Under the pieces are notes generated by a model. It saw nothing but the letters and a program-made list of their open reading frames with translations. It was not told where the DNA came from and searched no databases. This document shows positions 7,092 to 15,056 of a stretch of 30,958 nt of DNA, in pieces. This DNA is from a virus. Its lineage: Duplodnaviria; Caudoviricetes. Location: positions 1 through 30,958 of the IMG/VR virus record IMGVR_UViG_3300044724_003511. One strand, 5' to 3'. The position numbers and the translations under genes are program-made. Numbering within the stretch: the first letter of the stretch is position 1; the number at the start of each line of letters is the position of its first letter.

Positions 7092-7383
7092 ACGGTGATG
7101 GTAGTCCAGCATCGTCGGCTCATGTAAAATTGTATAAAGACGTAATCGGGTGCAGTCTAGCGTTCCTGACCCAGCATGAGACAGTGAGAGACAGGCGAGT
7201 GTACGACCACTCCGAGAAATGGCAAAAAGAAAAAATCTTGGCACTGACCCACCACTGTCAACCAAGTCTGTGAAGTTCGCATTTTGCGAAAATTATTTAA
7301 GCCTACGAAAATTTGTCAGCATTTAAAGACCATTTCGCTCACTAGCACTACCTTACCGTGAGGTCTTTCTTAGTTCTTCACAG
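7092..7383 (+). ncRNA. large multi-helix, pseudoknotted putative ncRNA (unknown family)
   Basis: ACGGTGATGGTAGT 7092-7105 / ACTACCTTACCGT 7347-7359; CTCATG/CATGAG; GACAGTG/CACTGTC; CTTGG/CCAAG; CTGTGAAG/CTTCACAG; AAAGACC/GGTCTTT; no credible ORF. Confidence 0.65.
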
Positions 7384-7432
7384 GTAAATGTGGTGTCGGT
7401 ACGCAAATACAGAAAAAAATTCAAGAACCCAC

Positions 7433-7461
7433 TTGACAAACGCCGATCATTAGACTATAAT
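7433..7461 (+). promoter_or_regulatory. sigma70-type promoter upstream of uvsE
   Basis: TTGACA-17nt-TATAAT. Confidence 0.85.
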
Positions 7462-7495
7462 GGGGTAGTCAATAACACTTTACAAGGATTTTGCG

Positions 7496-8416
7496 ATGTA
7501 TAACCTGTGCTGTATCAGCAACGAACTCAAAGAGCAAGGCTACTCTTTCAAGACTATGACTTGGAAGCAGTTTAACAAGATCCGCGACACAGAAGGCGAG
7601 GAGCGCGCTCTGTTCCTGCTGGGCGAGCGTTGGTTCAACAATGTTGTCGTTACGCTCGAAACTATTGAAATGTGCGCCAGAGAAGGCTGGGGATACCGTG
7701 TTTCAAGCTCCCTATTCCCCGTTCTAACGCATCCTGATTTTAAATACGGCATTTCAGACGTTCCACAATACGATCAAATCCTAGAGCTGTTTGAAGAGTG
7801 CAGAGCGAACGATGCGTGGCAGGTCAGACTGTCTACACATCCAGATCAATTCAACGTGCTTGCCAGCGAGAACCAAGATGCTGTTGACAAGACCATCGCA
7901 GAACTTAATCATCATGGTTGGATCATGGATCAACTAGGTTGTCAGCGTAATTACTACAATCCCATGAATATCCATGTCAACTGTACCAAGGGCGATCCTG
8001 CTGATATTGCCGCACGATTTATGTCCAACCTAAACAAGACCGATCAGAGCGTAACCAGTCGTCTTGTTGTAGAGAACGAGGATCGCGGTTGCTGGACTGT
8101 TGCTAACTTGCTAGAACATTTTAATATTCCAATTACTTACGACAACTTGCACGACAAGTGTAATCCCGATGAATATTTAGACGATGCTGCTTACAAGTGT
8201 GCTAGAACTTGGGGTAACGTCAAACCCCTGTTCCATTACAGCGAATCGCATCCAGACAAGACTAATCCTCGCAGTCACGCAGACATGCCTACAGATTACC
8301 CTTTTAGTGACGAATTTGACTGGGATATAGAACTCAAGTCCAAGGACGCAGCAATTCGTGCTTTAGCGGGTGTCGAACTTACACAACAAGCACAAGAATT
8401 AGATATGGGATATTGA
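7496..8416 (+). CDS. uvsE: UV-damage endonuclease UvsE/UVDE
   Basis: YRVSSSLFP, RLSTHPDQFNVLAS, RLVVENED, YDNLH, PLFHYSES, HAD, DIELKSKD motifs. Confidence 0.93.
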   Translation: MYNLCCISNELKEQGYSFKTMTWKQFNKIRDTEGEERALFLLGERWFNNVVVTLETIEMCAREGWGYRVSSSLFPVLTHPDFKYGISDVPQYDQILELFEECRANDAWQVRLSTHPDQFNVLASENQDAVDKTIAELNHHGWIMDQLGCQRNYYNPMNIHVNCTKGDPADIAARFMSNLNKTDQSVTSRLVVENEDRGCWTVANLLEHFNIPITYDNLHDKCNPDEYLDDAAYKCARTWGNVKPLFHYSESHPDKTNPRSHADMPTDYPFSDEFDWDIELKSKDAAIRALAGVELTQQAQELDMGY

Positions 8417-8441
8417 CAAATGACCGCCAGATATGTATAAG
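8413..8441 (+). promoter_or_regulatory. sigma70-type promoter
   Basis: TTGACA-17nt-TATAAG. Confidence 0.6.
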
Positions 8442-8475
8442 TGGAGGGGTTTTGTACCCTGAAAGGAATTGAAAA

Positions 8476-8892
8476 ATGAGTAGAGAGGTTAAGTTTAGGA
8501 TTTGCCACGACTGGAACTCCCATAAAAGTATAATCTACCCAGATAAACTTAGAAATAATTATATGATAGGCATTGACGGAACCATATATGAAAATTATGG
8601 CACAGAGGATAAACCATTATGGGAGAATGTTTTTGATGCAACAGTCTTTTTGCAGCAATACACTGGACTTAAAGATAAGAATGGAGTGGAGATTTATGAA
8701 GGCGATATTCTAAAAACTTACGGGGAGTGTACTTGGAACGAAACTGTTACACCAGCAGAAGGAACCGTTGTGTGGTCTGATGAACCCGATGATGGTATTG
8801 GTTTTTTAATAAAGACTAAATGGGGGTTGTGGGACTTTGACTGTTTAGATATTCAGGTTGTTGGAAATATCTTTGAAGGAGTTGACGAATGA
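8476..8892 (+). CDS. yopX: YopX family protein
   Basis: REVKFR...QYTGLKDKNGVEIYEGDIL...VVGNIFE signature. Confidence 0.92.
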   Translation: MSREVKFRICHDWNSHKSIIYPDKLRNNYMIGIDGTIYENYGTEDKPLWENVFDATVFLQQYTGLKDKNGVEIYEGDILKTYGECTWNETVTPAEGTVVWSDEPDDGIGFLIKTKWGLWDFDCLDIQVVGNIFEGVDE

Positions 8893-8984
8893 GTGGAAAA
8901 GGTGATCGTCAGCGACCCGTTGACAAAGAAACTTACGATAAGAATTATGAACTAATTGATTGGAGAGATAAAAATGAAAAGTAA
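8889..8984 (+). CDS. small phage protein (MSGKGDRQRPVDKETYDKNYELIDW...)
   Basis: ATGA overlap with the yopX stop; RBS GAAGGAG. Confidence 0.6.
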   Translation: MSGKGDRQRPVDKETYDKNYELIDWRDKNEK

Positions 8985-9123
8985 ATTAGAAGAAAATACA
9001 CTTAAACTTGTTTTAATTCAGGGGTTGTGTGAAAAGCACATAGTCAGGTGTCCAGCGTCAGCAGCACAGGCATCTATGAAGTCACTAGCTATGAAAGTAT
9101 TGGATATTATTGATGGTAAGTAA
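8974..9123 (+). CDS. small hypothetical protein (49 aa)
   Basis: RBS GGAG; open frame. Confidence 0.55.
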   Translation: MKSKLEENTLKLVLIQGLCEKHIVRCPASAAQASMKSLAMKVLDIIDGK

Positions 9124-9127
9124 AATT

Positions 9128-9235
9128 ATGTTGATCTGCGCATTTGCTATGGGTCATTTTCTATATTATGACTTGACAGGTGCGCTTTTGTTTGCTTTAA
9201 TTGCTGTATGTATTGAATGGATGGTTGGTAAATGA
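9128..9235 (+). CDS. small membrane protein (35 aa)
   Basis: Hydrophobic ORF; stop overlaps the next ATG. Confidence 0.45.
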   Translation: MLICAFAMGHFLYYDLTGALLFALIAVCIEWMVGK

Positions 9236-9468
9236 ATAAAAACAAACAACTAACAGTTATTGTCATTGGTCTTGTAATTATATTTCTTATACTTTACGAT
9301 TTGTATGCACTTTTCTTTCTTGGCTCAACTGCTACAATTAGTGCAGTATTAAACGAATGGAGTTTTAACAGCCACCCACTGATTACATTTTCTGCTGGGG
9401 TTGTGGTTGGTGGTCTGATTGTTCATTTTTTTAAATGGAAACCCGTAAACAATGAAGATAAAATTTGA
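9232..9468 (+). CDS. two-TM membrane protein
   Basis: Two hydrophobic segments. Confidence 0.7.
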   Translation: MNKNKQLTVIVIGLVIIFLILYDLYALFFLGSTATISAVLNEWSFNSHPLITFSAGVVVGGLIVHFFKWKPVNNEDKI

Positions 9469-10138
9469 CCACATCCAAGGGTTTGGTAAGGTCACAGATC
9501 AAGATTTTATTTACTCAGAACCTTATGGAGAACTTGAACCACACGAAAACCCAGAACACGCCCTAGATACTGGATGGATTCCGTGGGAAGATAAATGGTA
9601 CAATATCAGATCTGTTAGGATTGATGTTAGCGCATACAACCCAAGCAAATCAATAAGAAGAACTCACAAAAAAATCAGATGCACTAAAAGTCATAAAATT
9701 AGTGATTACAATGACTTGGTTGATATGTACGAAAACTATTGCGATATAAGGGGTTTTAGAAGATCAATAGATATTGACAAAATAATTAAAAACTCATCGT
9801 GCAATCTTAGGTTTGAACTGGACGGTCGCACAGCGGGTTGGACATTCATGAAAGAGTTTGACGATTCGTTTGTGTCATCACAGTTCATAACAGACTACAG
9901 TTGCGGAAACCTATCACTTGGAAGAATATCTCAACACTACGAGTGCCTATGCGCAACAAACGAAAACAAAAAATACGTTTATATTCTTGGTGGCTATGAA
10001 CAAGAGTGTAATTATAAATTATCTTTTCGTGGCGCAGAGTGGTGGACTGGTAAAGAGTGGTCAACAGATATTGACCTCTACACAAACCTCTGCGAGCGAG
10101 ATAGCAATATAAGGATCGAAAACTATGAAGATATTTGA
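9452..10138 (+). CDS. aminoacyl(Arg/Leu)-tRNA--protein transferase-like (ATE1/Bpt family)
   Basis: LDTGW...SVRIDV...PSKSIRR, SLGRIS...YVYILGGY...CNYKLSFRGAEWW resemble ATE/Bpt N- and C-domain motifs. Confidence 0.7.
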   Translation: MKIKFDHIQGFGKVTDQDFIYSEPYGELEPHENPEHALDTGWIPWEDKWYNIRSVRIDVSAYNPSKSIRRTHKKIRCTKSHKISDYNDLVDMYENYCDIRGFRRSIDIDKIIKNSSCNLRFELDGRTAGWTFMKEFDDSFVSSQFITDYSCGNLSLGRISQHYECLCATNENKKYVYILGGYEQECNYKLSFRGAEWWTGKEWSTDIDLYTNLCERDSNIRIENYEDI

Positions 10139-10331
10139 ACCAGCTAATCAGGTTGAAGTAGAGACACCGAAAGGTAGAGCTTCAATATGGCTTGTCACTG
10201 AATACGGCACTGAAACAGAAAAGATTTTCACTTGCATTATTAAATCCACAGGTGAAATTTGGGAGTATCGCCCAGCAGATATTAGGGTTGTAAACAATAT
10301 TACATTTGGGAGGATAATAAATAAACAATGA
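10125..10331 (+). CDS. hypothetical phage protein
   Basis: ORF track; coupled to neighbours. Confidence 0.75.
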   Translation: MKIFEPANQVEVETPKGRASIWLVTEYGTETEKIFTCIIKSTGEIWEYRPADIRVVNNITFGRIINKQ

Positions 10332-10492
10332 TTAGGATTTGGAGGCTCTGGTGCAAAGCCGTTGGAGAAAAATCTGGGAAAGATAACAAAGAAAGTGACG
10401 CTATTGCGTTCTTTAGAACGATGATTATTTTACAAGCTGTCGTTACAAATGCTCTTATTACATACAATATTTTGAGAAGATTGAATGAATGA
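10328..10492 (+). CDS. small membrane protein (MIRIWRLWCKAVGEKSG...)
   Basis: ATGA-type coupling; 54 aa with a C-terminal hydrophobic segment. Confidence 0.65.
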   Translation: MIRIWRLWCKAVGEKSGKDNKESDAIAFFRTMIILQAVVTNALITYNILRRLNE

Positions 10493-10739
10493 AAAACTAA
10501 CAGAAGATAGAATTGAAATCGGTGCAAGGTTTTGCAAAGGACTAATCAGTGAGCGTCAGGCAATTTTCCTTCTTGTGACATCTGGATTGTCTCAAGAAGA
10601 AGCAAATATATTTCTTGAAACTATGGAGTATGGTGTTTTTGTAACAAGTAGAGTAATAATAAAATTATCATACACACTTATACTTGGCTTCATCGCCGTA
10701 CTCTCAATCGGTTCTCTACTACTTCTGTTGTTTAAATAA
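10485..10739 (+). CDS. hypothetical membrane protein
   Basis: C-terminal TM segment. Confidence 0.65.
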   Translation: MNEKLTEDRIEIGARFCKGLISERQAIFLLVTSGLSQEEANIFLETMEYGVFVTSRVIIKLSYTLILGFIAVLSIGSLLLLLFK

Positions 10740-10753
10740 TTTTTGATTACCCA

Positions 10754-10782
10754 TTGACTTTTAACAAGGTTCATACTATAAT
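10754..10782 (+). promoter_or_regulatory. sigma70-type promoter
   Basis: TTGACT-17nt-TATAAT. Confidence 0.8.
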
Positions 10783-10802
10783 ATAAGTAAAGGAGATTGA
10801 TT

Positions 10803-11006
10803 ATGTTTCATGATTTTCAAAAAGCATACAGAGAAATGCTAAAGAACGCTAGTCACATTGTCGATAGAGATGGTATTCATATTTCATTTCCAGAGGGCTT
10901 GTTCGCTAGGTTTGAGCAAGAATATAACCTATGCTTCGTTGAACCAGAGGACGATGTAATGTTCCGAAGCTGGCAAAATGATGGAGATCATAAAGATGAG
11001 GGGTGA
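10803..11006 (+). CDS. hypothetical protein
   Basis: ATG at 10803 after RBS AAGGAG. Confidence 0.7.
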   Translation: MFHDFQKAYREMLKNASHIVDRDGIHISFPEGLFARFEQEYNLCFVEPEDDVMFRSWQNDGDHKDEG

Positions 11007-11178
11007 CTCAGGCATGTCCGACTCACAGTTTATAAGATTTCAAAATCTAATGAAAGATAAGGTAAAGAAATTCTCTGCTAAACTAGATGACGAACAACAA
11101 ACAAAAAGAGCATTTAAACTAAAGAAAGATAACCTTACATTTTGGGACAAGATTGGGCTATGGTTGAGACGCAAATAA
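10978..11178 (+). CDS. hypothetical protein (start uncertain)
   Basis: ORF track. Confidence 0.55.
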   Translation: MMEIIKMRGDSGMSDSQFIRFQNLMKDKVKKFSAKLDDEQQTKRAFKLKKDNLTFWDKIGLWLRRK

Positions 11179-11702
11179 AAAACAGAGTAATTGTATTGAA
11201 TATTGGTGAGCAACTCGCTTGTAGGGCTATTGCTTCTGAAAGATACAAGACCGCTAGAAAAGCTGGTGTTACTAACGCTAGAGTTGGCGATCAGTCAGAC
11301 GAAGATACAGACCTTGAAGGTGTGGCAGCAGAGTTAGCGTTTGCAAAATTCTACAATGAATACCCAACGGGAGTATTTGATATTGGCGCTAGGTCATCCA
11401 AAAACGGCGAAGATTCAGAAGGTGATATTACTGTAAATGGATACACTATTGACGTAAAAGCAACTAAGTACCGATCAGGTAAACTTATTGCCGCACAGTG
11501 GAAAGACCACAGCAGCATTGATTATTATGCTTTAGTTGTTGGAGAGTTTCCAAGGTACGAAATTAAAGGCGTGATGAAATCTGAAGATTTGATTACGGAT
11601 GACAGACTAAAACTTCTACCAAGAGGTAAAGTTAAAGTTTATCAGGCAGAACAAGATGAGTTATTATTTCCAGCAGAACTAGAGGAACGAGTTAATGGAT
11701 AA
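11142..11702 (+). CDS. PD-(D/E)xK nuclease-fold protein (start uncertain)
   Basis: EGVAAELAFAK...GDITVNGYTIDVKAT pattern (E...D...DxK). Confidence 0.6.
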   Translation: MGQDWAMVETQIKNRVIVLNIGEQLACRAIASERYKTARKAGVTNARVGDQSDEDTDLEGVAAELAFAKFYNEYPTGVFDIGARSSKNGEDSEGDITVNGYTIDVKATKYRSGKLIAAQWKDHSSIDYYALVVGEFPRYEIKGVMKSEDLITDDRLKLLPRGKVKVYQAEQDELLFPAELEERVNG

Positions 11703-12366
11703 TTCAGTAGAACTTTTAGGATATTACGGGTCAGACGAGATAATCGCCTGTTCTGCGTGGACTTCAACCTCTAGGAATTTAACAGATGAAAAAAGAGCGA
11801 GAATTGGATCACTTATCGAAATGCTCTGGATCAACGGACACGAAACGCCGTTTGAAAAGGGAGTCGTACACTTTTTGGTCGATACTGATATTGCTAGTCA
11901 TATACACCTTCTCAAGCATCGTATTAGCTCGCTCAATGCCGAGTCTGCTCGTTATAAAGAATTAAAGGAAGATAAATACTTCCTACCGGAAGATTGGGGC
12001 GACACTACTTGTACCGAAGTAATCAGATACCCAACTGAATGTGGAGCAAAATGGACTGATATTTTAAGAGTTTACACAGAATATGGCAATGAACTTTATC
12101 ACCAATGTATCAAAGACCTTGAACCAGTATTGGGACGCAAGCGAGCGAAAGAGTCAGCGAGATTCTTCAAGACTTACAACAGTCAGATTCAGGCTGATGT
12201 GATGTTTAATATGCGTAGCTTTGGTAACTTTGTTAAATTAAGGAATAGTCAGCACGCACAAAAAGAGATTCGTGAGATCGCACAGCAGATGTGGGATTTG
12301 GTTGCCACGATTGAGGGCGAACCATTTAAACATACTTTACAAGCTATTTGGAATGGGAGAGATTAG
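11695..12366 (+). CDS. thyX: FAD-dependent thymidylate synthase ThyX
   Basis: GHETPFE, HLLKHRISSLNAESARY, NMRSF..F..LR..HAQKEIR motifs. Confidence 0.93.
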   Translation: MDNSVELLGYYGSDEIIACSAWTSTSRNLTDEKRARIGSLIEMLWINGHETPFEKGVVHFLVDTDIASHIHLLKHRISSLNAESARYKELKEDKYFLPEDWGDTTCTEVIRYPTECGAKWTDILRVYTEYGNELYHQCIKDLEPVLGRKRAKESARFFKTYNSQIQADVMFNMRSFGNFVKLRNSQHAQKEIREIAQQMWDLVATIEGEPFKHTLQAIWNGRD

Positions 12367-12591
12367 ATGACATACAAAAAACACGCTTTAGATGGGCTAA
12401 GAAACAGAGCAGAAGCAGACCAATTTGAGGCTTTGGCGAGTTTGAAGATCATGCTAGACCATCCGGCTGGCATCGGAGATCATAGCACTACCGACCTTCA
12501 TAACAACCTTAATGAAGCGTTGTCAAAACTGGCAGACGCAGAAGATAGACTTGAAACATTAAGGAAATATTATGGAGAGCTAAATGACTAA
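12367..12591 (+). CDS. conserved hypothetical phage protein
   Basis: HPAGIGDH motif with helical flanks. Confidence 0.8.
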   Translation: MTYKKHALDGLRNRAEADQFEALASLKIMLDHPAGIGDHSTTDLHNNLNEALSKLADAEDRLETLRKYYGELND

Positions 12592-12982
12592 AACGAACGT
12601 CTATATTATAGTCTCAATTATTTCAGAGGAAGATGATTTTTCAGTAGAGCCTTTAGGTGTTTACTCTGATCTAAACGATGCGCTAGAGTGGGTAACTCAA
12701 CTTGAAGCAAACACAATGAACAACTCATCAAGATCCGAGACTATGTATGATGTTCTTGAGTTTGAACTTGATAAAAAGCCATTCATATTAGACTGGTTAA
12801 AGAAAAAGAAGCAAGTAACGCTAGATAGTATTGAAAAGACAATGATTAAACTTATGAAAGATGGTCATGTCGATCAACTTATTGGCGAAGATGGTCATTT
12901 TTATTACACTCTTACTGAGTCAGGTAAAAAAATATTTAAAGGAATACCAAGCCAAGTAAAGAAGTTTTTTAGAAAGGACTAG
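12584..12982 (+). CDS. hypothetical protein (possible C-terminal winged-helix)
   Basis: KLMKDGHV...YYTLTESGKK resembles a wHTH wing. Confidence 0.7.
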   Translation: MTKTNVYIIVSIISEEDDFSVEPLGVYSDLNDALEWVTQLEANTMNNSSRSETMYDVLEFELDKKPFILDWLKKKKQVTLDSIEKTMIKLMKDGHVDQLIGEDGHFYYTLTESGKKIFKGIPSQVKKFFRKD

Positions 12983-13053
12983 CCACCTTAACTCAATGGT
13001 AGAGTAGCTGATTTGTAATCAGCCTGTTGAGGGTTCGAGTCCCTTGGGTGGCT
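12982..13053 (+). tRNA. tRNA-Thr(UGU)
   Basis: Acceptor GCCACCT/GGGTGGC+T; anticodon arm GCTGA-TTTGTAA-TCAGC; T-loop GTTCGAGTC. Confidence 0.95.
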
Positions 13054-13087
13054 CTGTAGTTTGTGTTTTAAACTCAGGGGGTTCTAT

Positions 13088-13222
13088 ATGAGAGAAAAAG
13101 CTGCATCAAGTTATAATCGTGAAACCAAAAAGCCAGACAGGAGAGACTTCTATCTAGGTTTTTTATCTTCTACATGTATTTCAATGTTTGTAATTATGTG
13201 GAAAGCTGGATTAATTTTGTGA
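13088..13222 (+). CDS. small membrane protein (44 aa)
   Basis: Open frame after GGGGG RBS; C-terminal hydrophobic segment. Confidence 0.45.
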   Translation: MREKAASSYNRETKKPDRRDFYLGFLSSTCISMFVIMWKAGLIL

Positions 13223-13229
13223 TTAGGTC

Positions 13230-13257
13230 TTGACAGTCGGAAAACGTAAACTATAAT
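13230..13257 (+). promoter_or_regulatory. sigma70-type promoter for tmRNA
   Basis: TTGACA-16nt-TATAAT. Confidence 0.8.
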
Positions 13258-13262
13258 AGAGT

Positions 13263-13500
13263 GAGAAAGCCTGTATAAAGGTCTTATGGATGTTGTCGGA
13301 GACGGCGGGGCAGTACCGCCCGCCTCCACTTACGGGGGCGAAACAGATTCGATCCACAATATGAAGTAATGTATCTCAGGTCGAGGTTGGTCAGTTGGCC
13401 TCGTTAAAAGCTGACTAAATTTTAATTGCAGAGGAAACTCTAGCATTGGCAGCGTAAGTTGTCACGGGGAGTTGCCCGTCCTTGCTACCCAAACGGGCGT
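13263..13500 (+). ncRNA. ssrA: tmRNA, circularly permuted two-piece form; tag (A)AEETLALAA*
   Basis: Acceptor piece ...GACGGCGGGGCAGTACCGCCCGCCTCCA (ends 13328) lies upstream of the coding piece GGGGGCGAAACAGATTCGA (starts 13334); G3:U70; pk1 CGAGG/CCTCG + GTCAG/CTGAC; tag ORF 13428-13457; outer ends approximate. Confidence 0.92.
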
Positions 13501-13519
13501 TTTTAATTGGAGACTATTT

Positions 13520-14047
13520 ATGGACTTGTCTTACCTAATCAATGAAGATCACACGCCGACTATTTGGGATAATATGTTTTTCTCTGAGGCTGTTTTATGG
13601 TCGAGAATGTCACATGATACCCAAACTCAGTGTGGCTGTGTTCTAGTAAAGAATAAAGCTACAATATCAACTGGGTATAATGGTTTTATGCGTGACATAA
13701 ATGATCTGGCTTTTCCAACAAAGAGGCCAGAAAAATATCCGTTTATGATTCACGCAGAAGCAAACGCTGTTTATAACGCAGCAAGAGAAGGTAAATCAAC
13801 AGTGGGAGCAACTGCATACGTTACAGCACCACCATGTACTAATTGCCTACAAATGCTTTGGCAATGCGGAATACAAGAAATATATTTCAGTGATTTATCT
13901 TCACCGAAACAGTGTTTTTATGGAGATGTTTATGGGCAAGTTTTAGGACAAATCACTCAAAGGATTAAGTTCTTGTATGTTCCAAAAAGAAAACTAACCG
14001 GTATTTTTTTGAAAGAATCTTCTGAAAAATTTTCACAAAACGATTGA
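13520..14047 (+). CDS. dCMP deaminase
   Basis: STGYNG, HAEANA, PCTNC zinc-deaminase motifs; ATG at 13520 with RBS GGAG. Confidence 0.92.
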   Translation: MDLSYLINEDHTPTIWDNMFFSEAVLWSRMSHDTQTQCGCVLVKNKATISTGYNGFMRDINDLAFPTKRPEKYPFMIHAEANAVYNAAREGKSTVGATAYVTAPPCTNCLQMLWQCGIQEIYFSDLSSPKQCFYGDVYGQVLGQITQRIKFLYVPKRKLTGIFLKESSEKFSQND

Positions 14048-14072
14048 CAAATAAGACACTTTAGACTATAAT
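14044..14072 (+). promoter_or_regulatory. sigma70-type promoter
   Basis: TTGACA-17nt-TATAAT. Confidence 0.85.
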
Positions 14073-14117
14073 ATAGTAAACCGAAGCCAATCAAATCACT
14101 ATTTGAAGGAGAATTAA

Positions 14118-14324
14118 ATGGCATCAATGGCAGAAATGGTTGAAGCGCATTTGTTAAATGTGCAAAGAGAGGTTCAAACTCTCAATGAACGAAAGACGCA
14201 GATTGACCAAGAGATTGCTCGTCTGCAAGAGTATTTACGAGACGGTTCGGCTACTTTGGAGGAAGCTAAAACTCCACCAGCAACCCCAGTAGCAGAAACA
14301 TCACCACAAACTTCTTTATTTTAG
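14118..14324 (+). CDS. small coiled-coil protein
   Basis: RBS AAGGAG; heptad pattern. Confidence 0.8.
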   Translation: MASMAEMVEAHLLNVQREVQTLNERKTQIDQEIARLQEYLRDGSATLEEAKTPPATPVAETSPQTSLF

Positions 14325-14333
14325 GAGAGTATT

Positions 14334-14651
14334 ATGGATAGCAAAGAGTTTTATATCACGTTGGCTTCGCTTCCTGCGAGCTACAACTTTGGAGTAGAAA
14401 ACAATTCTATTGTTGGAACAACCAACAGAGGTGCTGCTAGAGGTGTGACATTTAACCCTTTAACAGCAGTTGCCTATCGCTTGACCGGAGAAGTATTCGG
14501 AACAAATAAGCGTGAAACACAAAAGGCTGGGAAAGTCCTTGGCCTAACACGCGAATTTACAAATCATGTTTATGACGCAACCACGAGCGTATCCAATCGT
14601 GGTAATGCACAAGTAGTCCGTGGTAAAATCAAAAACGCTTTGGGAGTATAA
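14334..14651 (+). CDS. hypothetical protein
   Basis: RBS AGGAG; 105 aa. Confidence 0.8.
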   Translation: MDSKEFYITLASLPASYNFGVENNSIVGTTNRGAARGVTFNPLTAVAYRLTGEVFGTNKRETQKAGKVLGLTREFTNHVYDATTSVSNRGNAQVVRGKIKNALGV

Positions 14652-14654
14652 ATT

Positions 14655-14981
14655 ATGGATAGTAATTGTTGGCTTGGTGTCGGTCGCTTAACCAAAGATG
14701 CAGAGTTCTCGACTACAAAGAAGGGAACTTCAATGAGTAAGTTTCGTATGGCTGTCAATGATCGCCGTAACGATAAGACGTTGTTTGTGAACGTCCTTTG
14801 TTTTGGGAAGATGGCTGAGAACCTACAATCCAGACTCGTAAGAGGACGACCTGTTTCGATTCAGGGCAAACTCAATATCGAGGATTACGAGGATGAGAAT
14901 CAAAACAAGAAAAACTCAGTCTGCATTATGGCAGATGAAATCTCTCTCGGCCCCGACCCATCGGGTTCAACAGACACATAA
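14655..14981 (+). CDS. ssb: single-stranded DNA-binding protein (short form)
   Basis: GRLTKDAE...FRMAVN...FVNVLCFGKMAE...GRPVSIQGKL OB-fold motifs. Confidence 0.92.
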   Translation: MDSNCWLGVGRLTKDAEFSTTKKGTSMSKFRMAVNDRRNDKTLFVNVLCFGKMAENLQSRLVRGRPVSIQGKLNIEDYEDENQNKKNSVCIMADEISLGPDPSGSTDT

Positions 14982-14997
14982 TTTAACGCTAATCATT

Positions 14998-15045
14998 AAA
15001 GATAAGTTAGGATTCTTAATCAAGATTAGTGGAATCGCAAAATCC
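14998..15045 (+). ncRNA. pseudoknot repeat element, copy 4
   Basis: AAA-GA-TAAG-TT-a-GGA-TT-CTTA-a-TC-...-CAAAA-TCC. Confidence 0.72.
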
Positions 15046-15056
15046 CTGTTGTTACA

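Noticed and set aside
7097-7111. RNase P RNA or group I intron assignment for the 7092-7383 element
   Set aside because: GATGGTAGTCC only loosely resembles GAGGAAAGTCC. No matching 3' P4 strand or group I P7 elements were found, and no gene is interrupted.
6978-7265. 95-aa minus-strand ORF
   Set aside because: It is antisense to tRNA-Leu, its terminator and the structured RNA, so it is a shadow ORF.
13472-13519. N-terminal extension of the dCMP deaminase ORF
   Set aside because: It overlaps the tmRNA 3' hairpin, and ATG 13520 has a proper RBS.
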